Source: Azolla caroliniana
Taxonomy: Eukaryota > Plantae > Polypodiophyta
Length of the DNA stretch: 64,000 nucleotides
Reading direction: 5' to 3'
NCBI GenBank assembly: GCA_043228905.1
Contig: JBHGNT010000004.1
Coordinates: 2,108,001-2,172,000 of the forward strand
The notes below the pieces were generated by a model. It had not been told where the DNA came from, made no database searches, and saw only the letters and a program-made list of their open reading frames with translations. Shown piece by piece: positions 53,401 through 64,000 of the stretch. The translations under genes were made by a program, and so were the position numbers. Numbering within the stretch: position 1 is the first letter of the stretch; each line of letters begins with the position of its first letter.

Positions 53401-56135
53401 CTGTTATGAAGATGTCCACAATTGCACTATCAAACTACAGAGCACATCTTTGAAAAGGGATATTATCTTATTGTATCCATCATAAATGTGCATTTACAAG
53501 TATTAATACCAAGCACTTGATGTACAGATATTATGGATCACAATAATATTATGCATCCAACTACATATGCCTTTAAAACTTGGAATACTTGTTTAAATTT
53601 GAAATGTAAACCAATGACCAAAAGTAAAATTTCGCATCTTACTGCATAAGTGGTACCTTTTTCTGTAAACTTCGGCCTTCTTCTTTGGAAGGTCTAACAT
53701 TAAGCTGGCTTTCAATCTAACAAAGCAGAGAGTATATTAGATATTAAATATCTTATTCTAGCATATATATTTCACATGCTTACTCTGCACGGAATTCAAG
53801 TTAAATCAATTTCATATATACACCATGAAATCAGACCTGCTGAAGACATTCTTCCCGTTCACTCTGCTTTGCTGCAGTAAATAAACTCTTGTACTGTATA
53901 CAGAATAGTATGTTCTCAATCAGTTACCAGTAACATTACACATGTTTCTTATCACAGAATACTTTACACGTAAAAAATAATCAACCTTGTCTTCACCAAC
54001 AGCAACCCTAACGTTTGCTCCAACAGACTCTGAACCTGATGTTTCTCTCTTAACTTGCCAAGCTATAACGTGAGGGACAACTAGAGGAGATTGGCTTGAC
54101 GCTAATCCAAGTCGAAGGTTTGCCGATCCTATAACAATAGAGCGTTTCTTAACAAACGCCACAAATTAAATCAAATCAAGAGGCGTGGCTCTAAACTCGA
54201 GTTTTTCACCATAAGTATAGAAATAAGCTTGGCATCTGAACCATAAAGACTGAATAACTTAATAAAAAACTGACCACAAAATAATCCATGCCTACCTGGA
54301 TCTAGTCATTTAGCCCTACATTAGTAAAGTGATTGCTATTTCTATATAAACAAATTGCCTACCACAAATAAACACTACACATGCGTATGTTATTCACGTG
54401 AACAAAAATATGAGTGTTGACACATTGTTAAGATTTTGACATGTATATTCCTATTATTACACTGATTATTTAACTTTACCATGAAGAGTGAACATAAACT
54501 GACATGCTGAACCCGGATTCAATTTAAGTACATGAAAAAACATACTGTATACCATTCATAATAACAGTTTATTTGGAGATTGAAATAAACCTGGATTAAT
54601 GACTATAATATCAGATCCTCTTTCAGAAATAATTTGAGATGGAACCATCATTTTGTAGATATCCTGTTTCATCAATGTTATAAGAATTGTTAGTTTAGTT
54701 ATAGCTTGTCACATTCTCCATGCTGGTTGACAGTGGGAGCAGAAAAATTAAACAATGAAAGAAAGAGAGATATATTAATGTCTTTTAAGAAAGGAAACAG
54801 GAAATTTTTTGTATATTAACACAATACCTTTTTACGAGCGGAAAGAAAGAGATTGAAAATAAAGAATAATCACAACCTTTAAATAAGAAGCTTAGGTTAA
54901 ACAAAAGATACATCCTTACAAAACTGCAAATATCTGGGTACCATATACAAAACATGAAATTCTGAAAAGAAGTATACAGGCAGCATTTAAATATTTTAGA
55001 GAGGTTTATGCTTCCAGATCAGCCAAATTGTTAGGGAAATGAAAATAATAGCAAATCAAACCAAGAGGATAACTCATATTACACTCTTGCTGTATCCAGG
55101 GATACAGGGATATATTTGGAGCTGAAGATGAGCAGCCACTATCTTACGAATTATTTTAACAGATTTTATTTCCTTGATCCAAAACCATTTGTCATATTTC
55201 TTGCTTAACGTATTTAGTGACAAGTCCATTCTATAATAATTTGAAGAATATATGAGATATATGTATTCATCTATTATTATGAAAAGAAAATTATTACATA
55301 CCAATAAAGCAAATTTCCATTGATTAAGTTACAATGCTAGAAACTTCCTTTACTGGGAAATTGTCATCACAGTTTAGTCTGGACTCGCTATACGGGCAAT
55401 CAGCAGACTGATGTTTTAATCCATCTACGAACTAAACAACCTATAGAATGCTGCCTACAAAGTGACCAGATATGATTTATTCCAAGGCTCCTAACAAACC
55501 AATGATTTTGTAGCTATTTGTGTTACCCCCTCTATAAGACTATGCCAGAACAATCTACAAGCGAAATCGACATATCCAAAAGATTGGGCAATAGATCCCA
55601 GCGTCACATCTTTATCCTTGGCATCTTATCCGCAATGTGAATCCTGACCACCCATCATAATTTGCCAAATTATGGTAGAACTTTGCCAATTAAGAAAGCC
55701 AAGGCTGCAGAGCAATGCAAAATCAGAATGGCTTTCATTCCGAGCAATAGGAGTTCGGCATCATTTTGAAGTTCCCATTGAAATAGTTTCACAAAGAAAT
55801 AATTGATGAAAAGTCTGTACAAAGCAATAAAGAATGAATGTTGATTCTTCATAAGGTATTTCCAGTTCAAATATCTTTACAAAGGAATAACGAATGAATG
55901 TTGACTCTTTGAATGGATTTCCATATTACCTAATATCAATCAATTCTTGGTAAAGATTATATATTACTTCTTTAAGTGTATATAAATTTCTATTTCTATT
56001 TCTATATTGACATACATATTTATTTGTAAAATACGCTAAGAAGAGATAAATTTATAACTTCGTTTCTTACAAACAGTTCTAACATAGACAAGAAATACGA
56101 CAAAACATCCATTTATTGACCAAAGAACATACCAT
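43722..56135 (-). CDS. ARP9: Actin-related protein 9 (nuclear ARP, INO80-complex ARP8 ortholog), about 20 coding exons
   Basis: ATG ends the exon at 56135-56133. Later exons: 54663-54591 (DIYKMMVPSQIISERGSDIIVINP), 54128-~53990 (GSANLRLGLAS), ~51587-51439 (FICGEDALKI..RRPICRGRFN), ~51149-51029, ~49496-49406 (CVVNIGAQ), ~49256-49206 (DGVALP..LPFGGD), 48733-48602 (DISRCLLW), 47692-47622 (VPPMGLFFP), 47381-47149, 44698-44648 (WKGGA), 43865-43722 (VLGILDFARD...RKYKDS...*). Some small exon borders are approximate. Confidence 0.92.
44990..46120 (-). mobile_element. 5'-truncated LINE (3' portion) in an ARP9 intron
   Basis: QWFESHGISINALPQFQYSLDCPHLN matches the 59752-59900 copy. C-terminal RICQLC...ESEEHYVCHC zinc knuckle. 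(TTTC)-type tail at ~44990-45005. Confidence 0.85.
51905..52505 (-). mobile_element. LINE 3' end plus RT fragment
   Basis: Same 3' terminus (..TAAGAGGCCAAAATGGCCTATAAGACC..) as 45005-45060. LAGIAIPILLYADDNLLIS at ~52352-52407. Confidence 0.8.
52638..53420 (-). mobile_element. 5'-truncated LINE 3' fragment
   Basis: PLEERIFQICLQGMEFEEHYVCHCTVFYEI matches the 45518-45862 copy. (TTTC)n tail at ~52640. Confidence 0.82.
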
Positions 56136-57183
56136 GTAATTGCCACAAAGGAACCAGAGGAAGTAGTTGATGTCACTAGAGTACTCAACTGCAATAACAA
56201 TTTAATACAACTTCTAATCAAATGGGCATCATTGCAATACTTCTTGACACTATCTTTCTTTAATTCATTCTCTAAAAACATAACCTGGTCCCTTTTGTTA
56301 AAAGCAAGGAGTAATGACCTGACCTAATACTGCACCACAAACTGAAGAAAATATCTCAACATAAACTAGAAACTTGTGTCACAAGGGAAATGATAATCTG
56401 TTTGGCCTTCATAAGCGAAAAAAGTTTCTTTGCCAACACACTGGCACTTTGACTGTTAAATTATATAGTTACTCAGTTAGCGATAAAGATAGGTAGGTAG
56501 TTATATCTCTATACCCCCTGACCAAAGTATATGTCCATTATGCCATCAGAATAAGAGTCTACGAAGCACTAAGTATGCTGCTGCACAATCTAATATGAGA
56601 TCTGAGGAAACTTCCATTGTCTCTTTGGGAGGGAATTGAACCATTCTCCCGAGAAATGGACTTCTATGACCACAGTTGTTTGGGTTAGAGATTTGTAAAT
56701 TTAGGGATCATCTATAAAGAGTAGCCAGCCAGCAAGGCTATGATAGAATTCTTTAGAAGGTCGTGTCAAAAGACCTTAGCAAAAGCACAACCAGCACCTC
56801 GTATAGGGATATTGCGTGACCAAGTAGTTAATTAGGCTCACTCCAGGTACTCGAGGATGCACTGATTATCACATAGAAAATGTATCCTGCATCAGCGGAT
56901 ATATATATAATGTAGTATTATTATTTGAGATGAAAGACAATCTCCCCAGTGGTTCATTGCAGAGGACAATGATGTTATATGGCATGATCCTTTAACAGCT
57001 TTACTCATGTTCTAACTCTCCTAGATATGCCTTAAGTTATTTTGTACATTGTATCCTTCGCATTACTTGTAGCTATGGTTCCTACATTATTGTACTTCCA
57101 GCACAGCTTAGTTACATAGGTAGCTACATAATTTAGGTACAATATTTTTGCTGCCTAATTTCACCAAACTTCTATAAGATTGC

Positions 57184-60100
57184 ATGGATGCAACTTTTGA
57201 ACTCACGTATCACATTGACCTTTTGACCATTGTATTTGACAAGCTCCATGACAGAGTGCCTGTTGTGTATAAGGGTGTGGATGCATGTTACATGTGGATA
57301 CAAATCAAAAGAGTGGATCTTAGGGAACTATATATTGCAATCTGCTACTTTCCACCTGCCTACTCAAGGTTTGCACCTCTTGGTGAATCACCATATCTAC
57401 CATTATATGAAGATATCATAAGATTTGCTACTATGGGGGACAATACTAGTAGGAGACTTCAATGCACAAACTAAGGATGAACAAACAACTATGTTTGACA
57501 CCAACGAGGCTGTTTATGGAGAAGTTATGGCAGAAGAGGTTGGTCTAAAGCGACAAGCTCATGATATGAGTACTATAACTGAATATGGCAAATACTTTCT
57601 AGCTGTGGGAAGTGCACATGGATTTGTGATATATAATGGATTGTCACAATGGCCTGGATTGGATGCTTTGACATGTTGGAACCTGAAAGGAGGTGCAAGC
57701 ACAGTCGATTACTTAATGGGATCTCCATCTCTCATAGCTGACATAAGAGAGCTCACTATATCTGGTAGACATATTGGATTGGCAGCAGATCATGCATATT
57801 TATGCTTTGATGTGAAGGATGGATGCACAAGGGATGTATATGCTAAGGAGAGTGGACTGGCTAAGTATCAATTTACTCGAGAGACAATTGATGTGTATAG
57901 TTGTGGACTATACAATGGCATGATAGATTTGGATCCTTTCGCATGCCTAGTTGAAGTTACCCAAGGATTGTCAAAATCATTGCATCAAGCAGCCACAATG
58001 CCTTTCCTCACACAACGCCCAATTTACCCCAAACTTGGTAGTCATACACAATAGTTGGTATGATGAGGAATGTCGTGATACAAGGTGATGTTTGCAGCAT
58101 GAAGTAACTCTAGGCATTTATACAAACAAACAAACACGCGAGAGCAACCTTCCAACACCTTGTAAGGAAGAACAAGGGATTGTATTAGCTAAATTTGAAG
58201 ATCATTTGTATCACTTATTTCTAGGACAAGAAGTAAATGGGCATGGAAAATGTTTAATGAGAGGCAACCCACCACATAAGTGAAGTGACCTCACCTCAGG
58301 TGTGGCATGAATATGTGAAGGTACTATATGCTATTCCGGGGCAACCTACTCTTCCCCACTCACATTGCTCACACCCACATGAATCCACCTTTTTTACTCC
58401 ATAAAATGTAAGAAATGCCATTGATCGGTAACAATTTGGGAAGGCCCAGGATCATGATGAATTGATTGGTGAGCACTTTTATCTATGCCCATGACATCTC
58501 GCTCCTAACACTAGCACACAACTTTAATAGAACAATGTGTGAAGGTTTCCCTATTAGATTGACTCAGCATACCATTGTGCCAATCCTCAAGAGTGGAGAC
58601 CCCATGATGCCAAGCCACTATAGGGCAATCATGATTGGCCACTACTTGGCTAAACTATATCGCTCAATTCTAGAGTCGGAATTGAGTCTATGGGCAGAGA
58701 GGAATGGCTGCTGTTCAGCTGGACAGACAGGGTTTTGGAAGAGGTTCACAACATTGGATCACATATTGATCTTCCAAGCCCTTATCAAGGAGTGCAGAGC
58801 CAATAATAAGAGGATTTATTGCTGCTTTCTGGATTTCCAAAAAGCCTTTGACATTGTGCCACGTGCTCAGCTTATGCAACCGCTAGAGGACCTTGGTGCT
58901 CCTAGATATGCAATGGGGAATCTATGCACTTTATGAATCCGTGTTAGGAAAAGTGTGGTCTTCCAAGGGTCTGTCAAAGGCAGTGGCTAGCACAATCAGA
59001 GTGAACCAAGGATGCCCACTATCACTCTCTTCGGTCTCTATATAGATGAGGTATCACATTACATAGAGAGATTTGGGGGTCCGGGAGCATGCCTAGTGGG
59101 TATAGCTATACAAATATTACTAAATGCTGATGATATTGTGCTGATTGACTCTCCGGAGGAACTACAAAGACATCTAAATGCCTTTAAACTATTTTGTATG
59201 GACAAAGGTTTGTCGATAAACATGGATAAAACTAAAGTGATGGTGTTTAACACCACTCAAGCATGGGTAACAAGATCAGAACCAAAATTCTTCCTGGGAG
59301 AAGACACAGTGGAATACACACGCTCCTACACATACCTAGGAGTAACGTTTACAGAGCCTAAGTTCTCCTTACAAGAGGCTGCTCGTGCCCGACTTTCTAG
59401 TGTATATGCAGCCCTTGTTGCTGTTGAAAGACAATGTGCACATTTGCAACTCAAAGAGCCACAAACTAAGTTGTGGTTATTTGATACACTTGTCACACCA
59501 ATTCTCTATGGAGTAGAAACGCGGGGACTAAGTCTTAACAAGGCAAATTATTGGAAAGATTTCAGGAGAACTTAAGTGTCAATAATTGCTTGCATGATAA
59601 GGAGCAAAGCATCGGTGCCCCATGATATAATCCGGCCAGAGATGGGAGCAGCCCCTATGATCACCGAGACATTGTTCTGATCAGTGATCTGTATACAACA
59701 TCTTTGGGAGCTTCCCAACGAAGGTACCCAACTGGCTGAAAATGGAGGCATTCATTGTTGGTATGCTGAAATGCAGCAATGGTTTGTGTCACATGGCATA
59801 AGCATAAATGCACTACCCCCATTCCAATACAGCTTGGACTGTCCCCATCTAAATATGACCGAAGTGGAAAACAATAGAGTGATCCAAACTTGTATTATTA
59901 ACTTGGAAAAAAAGATAACATGAATCAGCCCCAAAATATCACTTGGTACAAAGATGGCCCACTACAAGACACTTTTTACACACACTGCATGTGCTTCCCT
60001 TGCTTTGAAGACCTCTCCATTCTGGATCAACCTAATGCTAGAGATATTTCAATTACAAAAAAGTACACCCAAGATTGAGGAACGTCATGTGTGCAAGTGC

Positions 60101-60450
60101 TCAACTTACAATTACATAAGAAAGAAGGATTTCACTTTCTTTGTGGACATTACCCACCATCAAACAAATGATAACAAAAGAGACCACAAGTAACAAGATA
60201 TGAGGCATGTGGTTCACACCAGCACCAGATCATAGAGATCATCGCTCGCCACTGTCTGATTTGCCCAAGGACAATCAAATGCACTCGTTGAAATCCATTA
60301 TAGCATCTCTCTACCATACAACAAATATCAGATATCATGTCCTCTCACCAGTACTCATCTTATATTCGCTCATGTCTGTAGTCATGTTTTGTCTAATAGA
60401 CCGATTTCGTTCATTAGTAGATGGTAACGTTTCTTTCTTTCTTTCTTTGA
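57184..60450 (+). mobile_element. Degenerate non-LTR retrotransposon (LINE, APE endonuclease + RT, RTE-like) in the ARP9 5'UTR intron, antisense to ARP9
   Basis: APE motifs GDFNA and STVDYL, RT motifs FLDFQKAFD and NADD (mutated YADD), YTYLG. Several frameshifts. (TTTC)n tail at ~60430-60449. The 5' limit is uncertain. Confidence 0.9.
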
Positions 60451-60467
60451 ACTGAATAATGAATTAC

Positions 60468-60760
60468 CTATTTACAATCACCACCAAAGGTAAAGGATCG
60501 AGAATTGTCCTACTGAAACAGTTAAAGCAGGGAATATGCTAACAAGGCTCGCAAATAATGCAATCAAATCTAATGGAAAATAAATCGAAAATAAACATCA
60601 AGCAAGACAAAATAACCTAATAGACGATGAGTAATAAGCCGTAATAGTATAAACAAAAGTAAAGAAGAGAGAACACTACATACCGGAAGTGAGATGTTAC
60701 TCTGCTGCTGCTGCTCCTGCCTGCTAAACCCTAGAATCACCTGGTTAAGAATTCAAATTT
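60468..60760 (-). other. Putative non-coding 5'UTR exons of ARP9 (60684-~60760 and 60512-60468)
   Basis: GTATG donor at 60683. CAG acceptor and GTAAT donor bracket 60512-60468. Telo-box-like AAACCCTAG at 60726-60734. Confidence 0.55.
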
Positions 60761-61549
60761 CCTGATATGTACTTGGTAGTACTCCTCTTGAAAATTCCAT
60801 GCTTACATGGCACAAATCTTATTGTGCCGAATAACCGTGGGCCCTACCCATAGTTTACATGGCGCAGACTCTTCGGCTAGCGGGCAAACTATCGGGCCGC
60901 TTTCATATCCACTACAATTCGAGCAAACAGAATAGATAGCCTTCTTGTTTTCGGTTCTTAGTGTCTCGACCAAGAGTTTGAATTACCCCTTTGTGTGGTG
61001 CTTGTTCGTCTTGGAAGCTAAGAGAATTGGGTAAAACCTGAAGTTTGGAAGTTGCTTGAAGTAAAAAAGGCTAGATACAAAAGAAACGGAGAATACTTCC
61101 ATTGCCTATTAACTGGGCATTGCATAAGCATGGAAGCCGACATGGCTAGAAAAAAAGGCTTTGGCTATTGATGGGGCATATCTGAGTGTGTATCCCTTTG
61201 TGGTTTGCTTCCCCTGTTTATAAACTCTTGCCAAACAATAATAATGCTTGAAACTAGGAAAAAGTAAGTATGGGAACTAGGAAACTCCTTGTGTATGCTA
61301 GGACTTGGGAGAAACCCATGAGAACATGTGACATGTGGGAACACATGATGGTCCAAGGTGAGCCTAAGGAGTTGGGATATTGTTGGTTGTCCAATAGGTA
61401 TCGTTAATAGAAAGTACGACCCAACCAATTACAGTTGGGTTGAGGCTTGATCCTTAAAATAACAATGTAGGCATTGAAACTATTAATACAAGTCATAGTA
61501 TATATTAGAAGCCAAGGATAAGTTTGCCATTATATAATCATAATGCACA

Positions 61550-63170
61550 TGTGTGATAAAGCAAACGACACAACTCTTTAACAAATTACAATCATACAAC
61601 GTATACATAGTACGACAAAACAACATCAATGACCTTTATATAAAGGCTAGAGTCGAAGGTAACACAAAGAGTGCACCTATGGTGCATTCAGTCTATTATG
61701 ACTTGCAAATTGTCCAAAAACTAACTAGAACTCACCAAACAACATAGTCCCAATCCCAATAGGCACGTCCAATGGTTAGTTCCAACAACCATATTAGGCC
61801 ATATAAGGAGATGACATTTGGAGGAAGAGTCATTCATAGTTTTCCAATTTGGTGATTGGTGTTCTCTCTCCCTCTCAGGTCGTATTGGTTGTATCCCAAC
61901 TCCTCTCAACTTCTCCCGTCTCATACTATTTGTTTTGTCCCAAACCTTAGGGCTAATTTGTAATATTCTAAGTTGTATAATATAAAGGAGCATATTTGTC
62001 CCTTGTTGAGTTTTCACCACGTATTCATTGTTTTTATTAACCTAACCATATATTAAGGGTGTTACACTTGGTATGAAATCAAGAAGCACAGTCAAAGTGG
62101 GAAAAATGCCTAAGAAGGGGAGGTTGGCAACATATTCACATATGAAAGCATGTGAGAATAGAGAAAACTACTAGGAGGAAAGCAAATAAGAAAGTGGCGT
62201 GATCAAATTGTCACAAATGGGGATGAGTTTGATGGAAATCATGGTAGCCCAATTGGCAAAATTCTAAATTACCAACATTCCCCGAGGAGTTAGAGTTACC
62301 AAAAGGAATGGGTCAAGGAGGACGATTTGGAGCATAGAGGCTACAAGCCATTCCCTTGAAGGAGTATTTAGGAGCACAAGAGTTTATAATATTCAACAAG
62401 TGGATCTGTGACACAAAAAGCTACTTGGAGCAATATCGTGTGTAGCCACGAGCTTGGGTGGACGTAGTGAACCGATTGCTCTGTGATGACGGCTATAATT
62501 GGTACTTGTTGGCGGAGGATAATAGTCTCTTCAATAATCAAAAGGGGTTTAAAGAAAGGATGCAAGACTACTTCATCCAACGAGCAATATAGATTAATTG
62601 ATGAACGAAGATCATTAAAACAAGAGTTTGGGAAACCCAAGGAGTATATTACTAGGTATCGAAGAATTATGTTGTAAATTTCAAACATGCATGATTTTGA
62701 CAAGTTGCATGGATTTCTTTTTGGATTGTGATATTCAGAGAGAAATGGAGAAACCAAAACCGATAAACTTTGAGGAAGCGATTCACATCTCGGAGCGAGT
62801 AGGCAAATGGAAAAGCTCTCAACAAAAGCAAGATCCCTTGGAGAAAATCAACACCTCAAGAAGACCAATACATCAGGTGGGTGCATAAAATGAAGGTCCA
62901 TGCACATTTGGTGGGAACAAGGCAAGTGAATGACCCACTTCCTCAAACCCCTTAGGAGGAGGAAACATGCAAAGTGTACCCTTGTTTGATAAAGGGTGTT
63001 TCAAATGAGGCAACCAACACTTCTCATGAGAGTGCTCGAACCAAAGGAGTTCCTCTTGAGTAGCAGGGACAAAGATTGGATTGGAGGAAGAGGAAGAGGA
63101 AGAAGAAGAGGACCAACATCTCAAGTCAAAGGCAAGGATACTTGTTATACCCGATGATAAATAATTCAAT
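61550..63170 (+). mobile_element. Degenerate Ty3/gypsy-like LTR retrotransposon 5' part (LTR end, PBS-like site, gag remnants)
   Basis: ...TGTTACA at ~62059-62065 followed by TGGTATGA (similar to the tRNA-Met PBS TGGTATCA), then broken gag-like ORFs. Confidence 0.45.
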
Positions 63171-64000
63171 TGTGAAAATGACTAATCAAAATGTGTGAGT
63201 AATTGGAGGGAGAAAAAACAAAAAATTAGCAAATCAAAATGCGAACAACTAGGGCACATTAATCGCGATTTACATTAGTAAATCACAATGAAAAACAAGA
63301 ATAGGAACAAACAAAAAATTGAAAGGCAAAGATTAAGACTGGGAGTGATTGTATGATTTTATGAAAATATGTATTCATTTGTGTGTATTTTTACAAGAGA
63401 ATGTGCGAACTTGTATATAAGTTTGAATTTGTATGTTTTTGTAAGTGTAAAATTTGTGAGTCAAGGTTTTGTGTATGTGTAAGTGTGGTTATGCAATGTG
63501 TGTGTGTGTGTGTGTGTGTATGTGCAAGTGTAAGTGGCATTTCATATGTGTTTGTTGTAATGTAAACATGTGTGTGGATTTTGTATGCTTCTGTTTTTGT
63601 GTTTATCTTTACATGGGTACAAGGTTTCGGCAAAAAGTATGTCCATGTATTTGGACATCTAAATCGTAATCCTACACAATCTAAGTGTTTTAGAAACGAC
63701 ATCACACACTATGTTATTTTCTTTACATGTTATAAGTTTGTAAAAAGGTAGTAAATTGGCTTCATATAGTGTGATGTTATAAGGAACTCTTATTCATGCG
63801 TCTTTTTACAACTCTTGTTTGACAAAACTAAGTTTGTGGGTACATTTATCCTAAGATAAGATACAACCCACAAAATTTCAGCAATTTGATTGATTAGCTC
63901 CCGATTATTTATTGCACCTAAAAAACCAAGCACATGTATATACCTCCCAAATAGCTTTCAATCCACCTAAAAAAACCAAGCACATGTATATACCTTTGAA

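Overview
Nuclear DNA from a land plant, most likely a fern. The inference rests on organellar inserts that include chlL and carry both C-to-U and U-to-C pre-editing states. Intact-looking genes: a 10-exon PTB1/2-type splicing regulator (-), an intronless ubiquitin-RPS27a fusion, a His/Pro-rich extensin-like ORF, a two-exon conserved plant protein (MVLWEI...), a plastid-type GGPP synthase, a P-class PPR gene with a GC-AG intron, and a ~20-exon ARP9 (-) whose introns hold several LINE copies. Three observations stand out. (1) A 2.5-kb hAT element with perfect 21-bp TIRs and an 8-bp TSD has captured a complete UBQ-RPS27a gene carrying a P37A ubiquitin variant. (2) A ~5.6-kb patchwork of unedited plastid and mitochondrial fragments. 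(3) In three genes, degenerate 'echo' repeats copy the gene's own exon ends, splice donors or stop codon. There is also a DHQ-synthase-II pseudogene fragment, degenerate LTR remnants and many near-perfect local tandem duplications. All calls come from reading and translating the sequence by eye; no database search was run.
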